Source of the DNA: Microthyrium microscopicum
Lineage: Eukaryota
DNA: 64,000 nt
Assembly (NCBI GenBank): GCA_010405405.1
Contig: MU004230.1
Location: 4,110,282-4,174,281 of the forward strand
Direction of reading: 5' to 3'
The notes under the pieces are model-generated. The model did no database searches. It worked only from the letters and a program-made list of their open reading frames with translations, and was not told the origin of the DNA. This document shows, one piece after another, positions 51,001 through 64,000 of the stretch; position 1 is the first letter of the stretch, and every line of letters starts with the position of its first letter. The translations under genes and the position numbers were made by a program.

Positions 51001-53210
51001 TGGATTTCAAAGAGAGCGGTAAAGAAACCAACAAGAAGTCTGATAGAAGCCAAGGCACAGCTACAAAGTAATGATTTGAAGACGAATTTGAAAGGTGCAA
51101 GACTGAGAGTACTGTGACAGTTGGTAACCATCACGTTCTTATAGTTCAAGCATATTTTACATGGTCCCATCATTTATGAACCGGGCGTAGGGAAAAGAAT
51201 CAAATCATGCTTACGCCAGCCTCGCTGGGCAGCAATTGATATCCTACACTTGCTTCCAGGACCATTGGGGCGAGAATATGGAAGCCGCACCTGCTAAAAA
51301 CGAGCTTCAAGCAACGTGAACACTCGAAACAAGGCAAATTAGGTAGGTATCCTAGCAGATCGCATGGGCAGGGCAAACCTCGTGAACCCAGTCTGATGTG
51401 GATCATATGTGACACCTTTGAGGCTCTAAATCATATCGATTGGATGCTTGAATGGTAATATTGCACACCTATGAGCTGCAACAAACAATGAGGTGGCTAT
51501 CGAAATCCTCTTTCAGTATGACAGTCAGTCCGAAAAAACCTAGTATCCCACTAGAAGAAGGTTTTATACATCACAGGAATGATTTAGCTTTTTTGACAAG
51601 ACCATTAGACGGCGACGAGGATAGTCTCCTGGAAGCTGAGACCAAGGCTATAGGGGCAAGAAGATATCCCCAGTCACACTTCGACTAGAATCGTTTGCCA
51701 GCTACTATGTAGCTATTGGCGAATGCAAAACCATATTATTGTGCAGCCGGTTTGCTTGGGCCTGAAGAGCAGTGTGATAATAACGGCTAGGGACGGTAGA
51801 TTCGATAATTCATGGCGTCAACAACATTTGAAGCTTGAACAATGAATCTCCATCAGGGTCCATGGATATCCTAGCGTGTGCATCCATGCAGCCTCGTGGC
51901 AGAATAATGATCATGGACAGTGCGGCCTTCAATCTTCATACGCGAGTGCCAAGAAGCAAGACCCCATGGTAGAGTAGCATCAAGCTACAGTGTATCGAAT
52001 ACTGCCGCTATGACAGTCATACGACCAGTGAGGAGAGGCAGGCCGAAGAAGGACCGGCCACGAACAAGTATGGCAGGGTAAAATTCAATGCAATGGGGGA
52101 TAGGACGGCCAGGACCAGGATGAAGGAACAAGACAACCACAGAAAATTCTTCTCTCCTCGGACCCCTCGTAGACTCTAAGTAGGCGCTGGCCATGTCATA
52201 GATCGCGCCGGAAGTACGCGAGCTCAACCAGGGTCAGGAAGTTGGGAAGTTTATGAAGGGGGATAGCTTTAGAGATCAAGGACTAGGGTGATGGAATGAA
52301 GACGACATGGAACCACACCGAGAGGTAGAGGGGAAAGTCAAGACGACAAGGGCAATAGTGACAGCAATTACTCGAAGCGCGCAAACAGGTCCGCTGTGGT
52401 CATGTCACCGCAGGTCGTGGTTCTTTTTGTCTCCCTGCTGCGTGCTGCTTAGATGGCATTGAGATCTGAAAGGATCTGGATCGTCCGACTGGCAGGGATG
52501 CGAGATTCCATGCGTTTTCGACCTGGGGTAGGATCCTACTCAGTCTTGATATTTCTACCCAGACTAAGAGCAGGGGCGAAAGCAGGGGGGTGGTCAACAT
52601 AACTCTGGATGAGATGTTACCTAAGGTCAAGGATGCCTACATGCATCCTAAGCCTTACGTGTAGCATGAGCCTCGAGACCGACTTTGGTGGCCAGTGGTT
52701 TCTGGCAAGGCGATAGGGTTGGTCTGCCTTGTTGGCGATGCTGCCAGCCGTTCTCCGTTGACGAGAAGCACAACCTCGGAAGGTCCAAAGGGAGTCTTGC
52801 AGGTGCCAGATCCTCAAACCGAGGTTCACTAGAGTAAGCATAGAGACTAGGTAGGTATGTCTGCTTGTTTTGTCCTTGCAGGCTCTATTCCGTAGGGCTG
52901 AGTCAAATGTCTAGACTTCAGCCGAGTACGAAATACTTATCAAATCAGATACCCAGTGATACGAGTGGAAGTAAACATAGTTGGCGTGGAGAATTTTGTT
53001 GCTTTGCGTAGACTGTGGATTGGGAACCATCCTCTGAAAGTACCTTGAGCAGGAAGAGAAGATGAAAAGAAGATTCATTCTGCAAATTTGAACATTCTTT
53101 GTGATAATCGCGTTTGGCGCGACTTTATTTGACAGTAAGAGCCTAAACTGAAGTTCAGCATTTCGCACTCGCGCGGGTTATTCAACGCTTCTTCGCAATA
53201 CCTACATTAT

Positions 53211-54375
53211 TCAAGAATTGACGCCTATCTTCTTTTCGTGATCGATCTGTTCGGGGTCTACAATAATGATTGCTTTCCCCTGAATCTTGCCACCATGTAC
53301 CATTCCGGTCAGCTCTTCGATCTTGTCAAGACCGTTGAATGGATTGGTCTTGACTGTAATCCCATTCTTAGCGATGCACTCCAGCATACTCTTGCTTTCG
53401 TCGGCTGAGCAGAGAAGACTTCCATGGATTCTGATATCCCGAAAAATGAGCTCCTCGAATGGTATCACCACATCTTTCGGCTGAGCAATTTGGACCATGA
53501 TACCATGCATCTTTGTCACCGCGCAGGCGATCGCTGCCGCATCTTCATGGTCTGAGATACATACAGTGGAGTCTGCTCCCTTGTCGTTGGTGACAGCGTG
53601 GACTTCTTTCACAACGCTCTCTTTCCCTTTCCTGGCGTCCACAATAACATCTGCCCCTTGCTCTTTTGATAGAGAAAGTCCTTCGTCTCTAGCGTCGACA
53701 CCAATGACTTTCAGTCCAAGGGCTTTGGCAAACTGGATACCTAGACATAATATGAGTACAAAATTGCGACTGCCGTCTCATAAAGAAGTGCTTACCAAGA
53801 TGTCCTAGTCCTCCCCCAGAGCCTACGATGGCCACCCACTCGCCTGCCTTCAAACCAGTTTGCAGCAGTCCCCGCCATATAGTCCGTCCAGCACAAGCAA
53901 GCGGCGCAGCAGATGTGAATGACACCTCGTCTGGCAGCGGAGTCGTACTGTGCGAATCCACGCTTACATACTCCGCAAAACACCCGTCCACATGCACGCC
54001 ACAATGGCCATCGAGATTGCTGCAGTACTGTGTCTGGTTCTCTGGGCCCCGACAGTCTCCGCACTCTCCGCATGGGTGTAGAGGTAGACCACACATTACT
54101 CTTTGACCTACTTTGAATCCTCTGGCCTCTGCGTCTTTGCCAAGAGCAACAATGGTTCCTGCGCCTTCGTGAGATGCTGTGCATGGAAGTTTTGTGCCAA
54201 AAGTGCCAGCTGTGACCATGCTGTCTGTGTGGCAATTGGATGCCACTGCGACTTTGACGAGAATGTCTGTAGGTTGTAGATCTTTGGGCACTTTGACGGT
54301 GTTGATTTTGTATGGCTTGTTGAATTCGACGACCTGAATGGCCTTCATTGTGTCGGGAATTTCGCTGGCGCCCAT
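53211..54375 (-). CDS. Zinc-dependent alcohol dehydrogenase (MDR family); 2 exons
   Basis: CHTD, SHEGAG, CGECGDC..YC structural Zn motif, APLACAG, GSGGGLGHLG. Intron 53795-53741. Confidence 0.93.
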
Positions 54376-54804
54376 GTTGAAGTCTGACAAGTCCGAGTAT
54401 TCAAGATCGACTGATTCTTAGATCGCCAGATATGAGTAACCTGTTCAGAGATGGCTATTATTGTTTTGTAGTTTGGAGATGGGGTGAAGTTAGAGAGCAT
54501 CTGATATCGGGTGACATCCAGATTCGTTGATGTCATTCCTCGGAAATACCACCACTCCTAAACCTGCAACACGTTGTTTCTTCGACTAAAGCTGAGAAAC
54601 CCAAATGAACCCATCGTTTTTGCAGAGCTACTTTTGTTGGAGAAGTTTTGTGGACCAGTTGAGGATTAATTGTTTGATGATTGTCGAAAAGGGGCACTGA
54701 CGAAGACCTTGTGTTGAGATCAACTGAGGGTATGATGCATTGAAGCATTCATTATATTATATATCTATCATTATGTAAAGCCCAGATGATACCAGACGAT
54801 CTAT

Positions 54805-57800
54805 TTAATTACCCGACTTGGCCTGTCGCTTCGCTTTAAGCGCCAATACCTTCTTCTTTATCGACCCAAGACGAACCACGTAGTAAAGCCACACGGTCAT
54901 CAAGACATTAAACCCAATATACGCCATGCCATAACCAAAGTTTGTCCAACGATCGGACCAATAAATACTATCTTGCGCCAGGATCTGGTCTGCGGAGCTG
55001 AGCATGCAATACTGACAGTCTGCTGTAGCGTTTGGATTTAGCAGATTTCCTGGTGCGTGTCCAACGTTCAGATACTGATTCAAGTATTGCCCACACGTCG
55101 TGCCATTTGGCGGACTGAAGTGGCTCAACTCTGCAGCCGCGCAGCTCACTAAGCGATTGTGTAAACCAGCGCTGGAAATGCCCGCCACCCAATGTGTGAG
55201 CGGGCTGACGTGCCAAAGGAAATGCCAGAAGGAGGGCATGTTGGAGGGCGGTTGGATAACACCACTGAAGAGCAAGCTAAGAACGAACATAACGATGGAG
55301 ATCATGCCGGCGACTTCTGGGACGGGGACCACCGAGATGACCATTTGGGCGATGGTGCCGGCCCAGACGAAAAACTGGATCATGAAGATGAGGACTATGC
55401 CTTGTTGTTCCGCGGTCTGGACTCCGAGGACGGTGTAGTTCCAGACGCAGAAAACTATGCAGCCCATGAGGATCTGATAGGGAACTTCGGCCAGGATTTG
55501 GGAGAAGAGGAATGCCTGCCATGAGTAGGTTTTTGAAGCACGTTCGCGAATTTCATACAATTCTCGATTGGCGGCGAATTTGGGGATGATCTAAGGAATA
55601 GGTTAGGCTTGCGTCACTGCAGATGAGAACGACCACTTACTTGGAAGACTAGAGGAGGATAAATAACCGCCTGCATGAAGATTGCGAAGAGGACGTTCTG
55701 AGTTCCTTGTATCGAGCTATCAGATTGGTAAAAGGTGAAACCAATGAAGCTGCGATTGTTAGATTTTATCACAAGTGGTATAGCAGAGAACTTACAGAGA
55801 CGAGACTATAGAAAGCATAATTTTGCCCCATATGTACTGTGGAGTCCGCCAATATTGACGATACACCCGCTGGCAGACATAGAGCATCTGCTGAGGAAAC
55901 GAAGCAGCGAACTCATTGGTTTCAGCATTTACCGATTCATCTTCTGGTCGTGAATCGGCATCATGCTTGATGCGATTGAGCTCTTCTGACGCCTTCTCAG
56001 CTTCGGGGCTAGAAAACCACACAGTTGACCAGTCTTTCTCTGCCACAGCGGCAACTTCGATCATGTATTCTGCAGGATTCTCTTTCGCGCCATATTTACG
56101 GGCGCCATTCCTTTCGAAGTAGTCCACCACAGTTTCAGCATCTTTGCCAATGTCTCCAAAGTATGCTGTGCGCCCACCCTTGACTAATAGTAGGATCCGA
56201 TCGAACTGATGGAAAAGAGCTGCGCTGGGTTGATGGATCGTGCAGAGAATGCTCATGCCGTTTTCAGCCAAAAACTTGAGGAACGATACGACGTGATAAG
56301 CGCTCTGAGAGTCCAATCCAGTGGTAGGCTCGTCAAGGAACAGGAGGACGGAAGGCTTGGCTGCTAGTTCGACGCCGATTGATAAAAGCTTTCGTTGTCT
56401 GGTATTGAGTCCTAGACCTGGCACGCCGACGACAGCTTCCGAAAACTCTTCCATACCAAGTACATCAATGATTTGTTCCACGAACGCAAGTTTTTCGGCC
56501 TTTGGTATCTTTCTAGACTGCCTTAGTAAGGCACTGAACTGCAGAGCCTCTCGTACAGTGGCGGTTTCGACGTGAAGTTCCTGCTGTTGTACGTAGCCGC
56601 AATTCCTTTCGAATCCTGCAGGTAACTGTGAGCCTTCCAAAAGAATATCTCCAGTAACGACCCCAGTGGTCAATTGCTTAGCCAGTGCATTGAGAAGTGT
56701 TGTCTTTCCAGCTCCCGAGGCTCCCATGAGCGCTGTTAGGGTTCCTGGCTTGACCCATCCGCAGATATCGTTTAGGATTCGCTTCGTCTCCTTGTTGATT
56801 TGAATGTCATAGCACACGTTTGACCAGCTGAGAGTTTTCGTGTGTACCAGATCGAATTTCTTTTCCTTTTCATCTGTTAAACTGACAGTTGACGACTGCA
56901 TGCTCAAGTGAGGATCATGTGCTCCAGGTTCGTGACCTTTTCGGAAGATCAACCCATCAGTCGATACAGGTGACGCAACATTTCGCTCGCTGACCCAGAG
57001 ATACAACCCAACGAAGAAAGCCAAGAAGGCAACTAATATTCCAAGGTTTCGCCAGATATGCGAGTAGTAGTACTCGTAGTTGGCCTGCACATAGGCATCA
57101 CCAGAAACGAATGCTTGATTTTCGACAGCACCACGCATGGCACATGCAAAGCCCCCACCCATTTGCTTAGCATATGGTGGTACAACTCTTTCAGACGAGC
57201 AGTTGAAGTCACGGTCGTGGAACTCGTTGGTGATCATACTTTCGAACGCGTAGCCAACCGGATTGATATATGTGAGCCACTTGAACCAAGGGTGCATGTA
57301 TGGCTTCGGTATTACAAATCCAGTGTAGACGATGAATAGTGGGAGTATGACGCCAACCATTGCAAAAGCTTGTGGTAGTATGGTCGCTAAAGCGCCAATT
57401 GTTCTGAAAACCGATGACATGACGAGGGTAATGATGAAGACGAAAAGGAAGAAGGTGAAATACCCTTCCGCTGTGCGATGGAGTCCAGAGAGAAAGTAGA
57501 GTATGGTGTTGAAGATGAATGCGGTGATGAGTTTGATTGGGACATTGAGAATCACTCCGGCAAGAGCCTCTGTCCAAGGATGATACATGGCATATCTGGA
57601 TTGACGTTCAACGATCGGCTTGTTGCCGAAGAGTTGGAATATTTCGGTAATGGTGACTACGGCATTGAGAAGAATACTGGCAAAGAGGACACCGCCTTTC
57701 GAGTAGAGTCCATCAGTGTCGTTTGATGTCTTGTAAAAAAGAGATCCAAGAATCAAGGACATGACAGTTTGGCCCCATGTGAGTATAAGGACCGATTTTT

Positions 57801-59361
57801 TGTCGTTCTTTAATCTTTGAGCCATTCTCACTATGCAATATCTGAGTTGTGTAGATTGACTGGCCAGGTAGGAACTGGTGTTTGTGAATGCTCTGTTGTT
57901 CTTCAAAGCTAACAATCTTTCCGAGTCCGGCAAGAATGCTTGCTTCTCTTCCTCTCGCTTGTAGAATTCGAGATTCCGTTGAAGCTTGCGATAGTTTCGT
58001 GACTCTAACCAGGATTTTTCAAATTCTTCGGCATTCCGTGGCACTCGATGTTCGTATCCTTCGCGAGGTTTCCGCTCCAGTGGATTCGTTACCGCGGCGA
58101 GATAATCGCCAATTGGCTGAGATCTAGGTCTCAACCAGCCCATCGATTCGAAGTAGTATGTTGCTCCTGCAGGGCTACCATAGTATACTTGTCGACCTTC
58201 GTAAAGAACCACCACACGCGTAAACTCCATCAGAAGTGCGTCAGACACTTGGTATAACGAAGCAAAGTGAACTGATCCCTTCTTCTTGGCGTCAGTCCTC
58301 AGGGATCTGACAAACTCGAGCGCTGTGACAGAGTCCAAGCCTCTAGTACTCTGATCCCAACAGCCGACACTACAGCCAGAAACCAACATCTCGCCAATGC
58401 TGACTCTTTTTCTTTCTCCTCCAGAAACACCACGTATGAATTCGTTTCCAACTGGCGAGTTCACCACATGCCCAAGCTTATATGTATCGATCACACGCTC
58501 CGTAACGTCTTTGGCGTATTCTGCTCTCGATTGTCGAAGAAGTTGATCGTGTGGGGCTCGTAATGCGGAGGCGAATTCGAGGGTTTGCTGAACTGTAAGA
58601 TGAGGGAAGTGTATATCGAGTTCGGGGTTGTAATTTGATTCGCCGTCAAAGAAGCGTTTGAACCGCTCTTGTGGAATGCCTCCATAGCTGAGAATAGATT
58701 CCGCGTCTACCACTAGCCCGTTCAGCTCGCCAGCGATAGTCTTGAGAAATGTCGAGCATCCACTTCCTGGTCTGCCAATGACAGCCATAAGCTCACCACT
58801 CTTGACAAATCCATGTAAGTTTTGGAGAATAAGCCGCTTGGGAGCTGGTTTTTTCGCGCCGAATATCTTCTGGAATGGTATCTGCAGGATAGAAGTAACG
58901 GTCTCTTGAACATGCGAAGGCGCGGCGGTGCCGTATACATTCAATTCTCTGAACACCACGTCCAAAACAGGCCTCGTCCGCGCGAGAGCCTTGGCGGCTT
59001 TTTCGTAACTGGCTGGGACTGCTCCTGGAGGTAATTGATCATACTTGTTGCTGGAGATGTTGGGACTTGAGATGAGCGTAGCATCACTTTCTGGTCTCAA
59101 GCTACTCCCTACTGGTGGTCTATGATGTCTGGGTATGAGTGTATTACTGCTTTCCGGTCTGAGGAGACTGAAACTGCGTCCAGATCGAGAGCCTGGTTTC
59201 GAACTGAAGAAAGTAGTACCACTTCCTCGCCTCGCTTCGGGAAAGCCAGTAGATGTAAACGTGTTGAAGCTGTCGGGCCTTTGATTACGCTGAAAGGTTT
59301 TGGCCATGAATGCCCCGAAGCTATCTGGCCTGGACGGGCCCGCCTCGCTCGACCCAGCCAT
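54805..59361 (-). CDS. Full-size ABCG/PDR multidrug ABC transporter; 3 exons
   Basis: NBD1 GRPGSGCST, VSGGERKRVSIGE, CWDQSTRGLDS; NBD2 GASGAGKTT, LNTRQRK, FLDEPTTGLDS; NEFHDRDF.C; two TMDs. Introns near 55795-55750 and 55640-55591. Confidence 0.96.
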
Positions 59362-61382
59362 GGTGTCCAATCCTTGAGGTTTCGATCAGCTCATAGGCTG
59401 GAAGGTTTGCGAGTCTCGAATGATATCCTAGGTAGTCTTCAATTGATTTGGTTGTCCAAGCAAGGGTTATTGGTATGGTTGTAGATGGTATGAAGAATTA
59501 AGAATCGAGAGGTCGCATTGCCAAAAGGGATGGCAGCTTACGACTTCGACACTAAGAGTCAAGATTGCGTTGTACATTTCACCAGAGATCCGACGCCCAT
59601 CAAAAATGTGGACAAGCACAGTCAAGCAACAGAGCACTGTCTGCAGCTTGGTACGGTGAGGCTTTGACAGACAGCGCCAACATCGTTTACGTGCCTTGAT
59701 TAGCTCCATCAAGTTTAGCGGATTCCACTAGTGAACGTGGTTGACGGAGAAAATCCAGGTGGAACACGCTGGTGCAGCTGAGGAAGCTTCTCGGGCAATT
59801 TTTAGGCTTGTAAGATTCGCTTGGAGCGCCCCTTTAGCCAAACATGGTACAGATCTATCGCTAGAACGTGGGTATGAAACCAGCCTCAACCAGCCTTTGG
59901 ACCCATCAAAATGTTGAATACGACAATTCGGTTGGTTCTTGTTCTTCAATGACTAAACGACATTCGAACTACAAAAAATCCAACTCGATATCAAAGTCCA
60001 AGATGTGAAACCTAGGAAGTGAAGATAGATCCACGGTGCATTACATTAGCTTCATACAACACAGCATCGATGTACAGATGTTAGCTGAGCATAACAACCT
60101 TGATTTAAAGATCTGGATAAAAGGGGGAGCCGACCAGGCGAGCACACGCCGAGATCCGATCCTCAATTGTCCAATAAAGAACCATGTTAACTCAACCTTA
60201 CCGCGTATCTTAAGAACCAACATCGGGAACAATCCGATTTCACAGATATCCCGTTCGTACAACTCAGGCATTCCTTCAAGATAACTTTCTGCAACTTGCA
60301 CAAGTTGCATCTCAAGACTCTTCTTCATTCGTGCAAATACTGACATGTTTTAAAACTTGATCACAAACGCAGCTCTGCGCTAGATCAGCCACAGACTCCA
60401 CTCTGGATTGATTGAAGCAAAGTCATGACGTTCCCAGCCCCTATGAAAGAGCACCATGCGCTCCTCCTTTCATGCAGAATCTTGATATCTGCAAAGATTC
60501 GGTAGACACTACCGTTTTCTTCCGTCAAGTTCGAACGTGTTAGCGCACTTTTTTTGCTGGTGGCGCTTTGAAGTTAGGCAGGGACTCGCTATTGCTTACG
60601 GACAAACCTCGCCTAAAAAACCGCGCTAACACGTTCGAACTTGATGGAAGAAAACGGTACACGATGAAATCCCAAATATGTACTGTGGCTTGCGACCCAG
60701 CCTCGCTTCAGAAGAGACGTTGCGTTGCCGATCTCCAGTTTGGTCTCTCTAGTTCCAATTTGGGCGATCAATTGTCCACAAGCGAGCGCTTAAGTTTACC
60801 ATTTTACTTTTTTCTGACAGCGATCGGCAGTTGGCATAGTGACAAGGATTTGGGATCAGATCTATTTCTATCTTTGCCAGCCTTTGTTATCAAGATGCAT
60901 ACGGTAATAAGGGTTCGCTTCAAAAGTTACATTTCTCTCCGTGGATCTGACCGAAATGTCTGATGCAGCACAAGGCACATGGGACAAGATAAAGATTAAT
61001 GTTGTAGTGTTTTTGCACAACTGGTTGATCCGATCATGGGTTTCCCTAAATTTCCATTGATCAAAGTTAATTTAGGTTAAGCTTCTGTGCCAACTCTTCA
61101 ACAGGAACTTAACAACATCAAATCAAGATGGTCTCTATTTGTCCTTGTGATGGATGCTTACAGAGTAGTGACTCTCCGTATCACGAAAGCTCTCGATCCA
61201 CGATACACAAAACTATTCGTCTTCTAGGAATTATGATATTACTATCTCATCTCTACACACGTATAGCCAAGGAGCCAAGGTATAAATGTATGAACACAAC
61301 ACAACGCCGCCATGCGAATGACCAGTATCGTTCCCTCCGCAGGAAACCGCATATCTTATAGGAAGTCCACCCCATCTACCAT

Positions 61383-64000
61383 CTATTTTGCGAAGACCTG
61401 CCGTAACATGCCCACAAAGTCCGGTAACAGCTTATCCAGCTCGCCAACCGGCGGTTTACTCGGCTCACCCGCCGACCGTCTGAGCTTCTCACGCTCCGCT
61501 TGCTTTGCTCTTCGATTACGTTCTGCGGCAATAGGGTCGTCTGCGGCATAGTCATCGTCATCTTCCCCATCGCTCATGGAAGAAGTTACGCTGCTGTCGT
61601 CGTCGAGATCGGCGAGATCCATCTATGATTTATGTTAGTAGGAGAGATTTGATTGGGAGGGGGTTCTATGTGTAGCATACCTCATTAATACCAAAGTCGC
61701 TGCTCTTGAACGCATCGCCAAACATTGCAGTCGCGTCGTCGAACCCGCCGCCATCTGCCGCCATCTTCTGTCGTGTCTTGCCTATATGCCAGCGCTTGCG
61801 TGCCATTTGCCATTTGATTAGTGCATTGATCTCCCTGATCGCGGCCGATGGATCGAGTGTGCCCGCTTCGACGGCGTCGATGAATAGACGGTTCATATCC
61901 AGTTTACCGCCGCGTGGGCCGAATTTGAGAAAGGCTAAGATGCCCTCCAACCAGCCCATGAGTTGGACAAAGAGGCCATTATCGTGCGTGTGCACTTCGT
62001 GTATAAATTTGTACAAGTTTGCCTCATGGCGCGCACATAGGTCGATGAAGGCTTGCACAGTCTGGTTCGGGTCAGCAGAAAAGTCCTGCCGTTGGGCAGC
62101 TTCAACGGTCTTGATAGTGTCGTCAATCCATGCTGCAAAATCCATGATGCTATTGTACACGTTGGCGGATTTGTAGACACGGACGAGAGGTTCGTAAAAG
62201 ATTTGGAAGAGGTCGCGGAAGAGGCGCAGGGTGTTTGGCTCTTCGATCATTTGGAGCATCATGACCTTGTCTCGTTGGCGCATGTATAGCTTTAGAAGTT
62301 GCTTAAGGTGTGCAAATAGTTCGGCATTTTGTCTTGTCTCGTCATCGATGTTGTCCATAGCTCTGTTCCAAGCTTGATAGCCATCAAATACAACATCAAT
62401 TTGTTTCTTGGTGGATGCTGATCCGAATTTGTTGGACTTGAAAATGACGACTAGAAGGTCGGTTTTCTCTTGAAGCGCCTGAAGCTTGAGCTCGTTTTTG
62501 ATCTCTTCATCTGCTTCAGCATATTGTCGAATCGTGTCCGAAAGAACATGGTCTTGAACTTTCTGAGACGCAAGAATTTCGATTGACTTTTGAATGTTGA
62601 CAATTCCATCGTTGATTGCCATGCCAAAGATTCGCTGTAGGAGTGACCGAGCACCGAATGGTTGAAGTAGGAAAATATCCAAAATCCCGGACATGACCGT
62701 GGCAGGATTACTAAAGCGAACCACATTCTTGACCAATGAGTATGGGACGAGCGAGTGTATTCGCTTGAGTTGAGAGAACAATTCCGGAGAGTTGTCCTCA
62801 GCCAGGAAAAGATGATACAGAGTTGCAGCGACTCTGTGCCGAGTTAGCAGTGGAATTTTGACATTCTTCAACTTGACTCACTCTATTCGGACCCACTCCG
62901 CAAACTTTATATACTCAGGTGAGAGCTCCTTGAGTGTCTTTTTCTCTTTGATCTCCTCGAACAAATGTGTTAGTCCATCTATAGAACTATCAGTATGAGG
63001 CGGCACTTCAGCGGGTTCTAGAGCTTACTGTTCTCCACGATATCTCTTCTAAACTTTTCCATGTGAACATCCAACTCAGCCGCTCTAGCCCGGGCGACCT
63101 CGTAGAATTGCTTTTGCTCTTTTATACGCTTCTCATCGAGCTCTTGTCTTTTTTCGATATCGGCCAGTTGCTCGTCTGTAAGGGAGATTGGATCACGAGT
63201 GAGAAATTCTCTCATGGCCGTTGATTGCGCAGTCCGATCATTTCCCAGCATCGTTCGCAGCGCCGCTCTTAATGATACTCTCGATGTTTCTCTGAACAAG
63301 ACCAAGGTTTTCTGGAATTCTCCAGAGGGTCTGTGTGTCTTCTCTGAGATCGCAGATATGCTTCTCTTATGCCCTGGGCCACTTGCAGATCCACCAAAAG
63401 CTGGCAGATAACTGCGAAATCCACCTAGATTATATGCGCTGTTCTCGGCCTTATTGAGGTCCTCTCCTGACTCGTTTGGTTTGGTACTGTTTGCTGACAT
63501 GAAGGAATCGTCATCCGAGATATCATTCATGGTAATAGTCTGATCCGATGAGTTTTGTCGAGGTAGAGGTGGTAATATTTTGCCCGGGAGTTCCAGCCGT
63601 AAGCGTTTGTGCATCTTCCGAAAGTCTTCATATGTCCGCGAGATGTAAATTTCATCATGCCCGGATTCTTTGACCCGTATTATAAATTGCTGTGATATGT
63701 TAGCCAGAAGTTGCTCATCCAGTATTTCGATTTCATACTGCTGTCTCGTGGTATCGAACGTGTCTCCTCGCAAGAGTAGACGAAACACCGGCGACATTCA
63801 CATCCCAGCCATTGATCGTCTGGCCATGCGGAGCATTTGCGACAAGTCCTTGCTCATTCGCGCTACGATCCACGACTTCCATCTCTGAAAAGCGAATGCG
63901 CTCTTCATATCCTGAAGCTGTAGGTACGCCCGAGACCATCATGAGCTCCATAAGTTTCTCCGCCTTGTTCGCCAGTTTCTTGCGCTTTGTATCCTCCAGT
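61383..64000 (-). CDS. PX-domain protein with PX-associated/DUF3818-like C-terminus (YPR097W-like); 5' end beyond the window
   Basis: ETKRKKLANK, INGWDVNVAGV, PX-like ISRTYEDFRKMHKRLRLELPGKILPPLP, RVSLRA.LR, LFLAEDNSPELF.Q.KRIHSLVPY. Several GT-AG introns. Confidence 0.85.

Noticed and set aside
59467..61360. Short ORFs upstream of the ABC transporter
   Set aside because: No motifs and stops in candidate spliced frames; probably intergenic or decayed.
1..64000. CRISPR array, rRNA genes, secondary-metabolite backbone gene, Starship captain recombinase
   Set aside because: None seen: no repeat-spacer pattern, rRNA sequence, PKS/NRPS motifs or recognisable tyrosine-recombinase ORF.

Overview
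Eukaryotic DNA from a filamentous ascomycete (inferred from GT-AG introns with CTRAC/CTAAC branch sites, fungal gene families and a strong RIP signature). The window has two compartments. (1) About 1-15.6 kb is an AT-rich, RIP-degraded block (TpA-rich, CpA/TpG-poor) of nested mobile DNA. It holds the 5' part of a minus-strand Ty1/Copia element running off the left edge, and a complete Ty3/Gypsy chromovirus (4408-11999; 162-bp LTRs, TTAAC target-site duplication, self-priming PBS, extra 3' region). The Gypsy element sits inside an unidentified stretch with several decayed ORFs and a tRNA-like relic. (2) About 15.6-64 kb is gene-dense: CYP52-clan P450, tRNA-Val(CAC), class III chitin synthase, DUF218-like protein, a Q-rich repeat protein, an amidase with a premature stop, a 76-bp-arm inverted repeat, a membrane protein, hypothetical proteins, a signal-peptide-bearing aldo-keto reductase, a Zn alcohol dehydrogenase, a PDR-type ABC transporter and a PX-domain protein running off the right edge. 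The most unusual item is a three-gene island at about 44.9-51 kb, centred on a predicted FHA + pseudokinase + KilA-N/APSES-like protein. All domain calls were made by eye from motifs; no database search was run.
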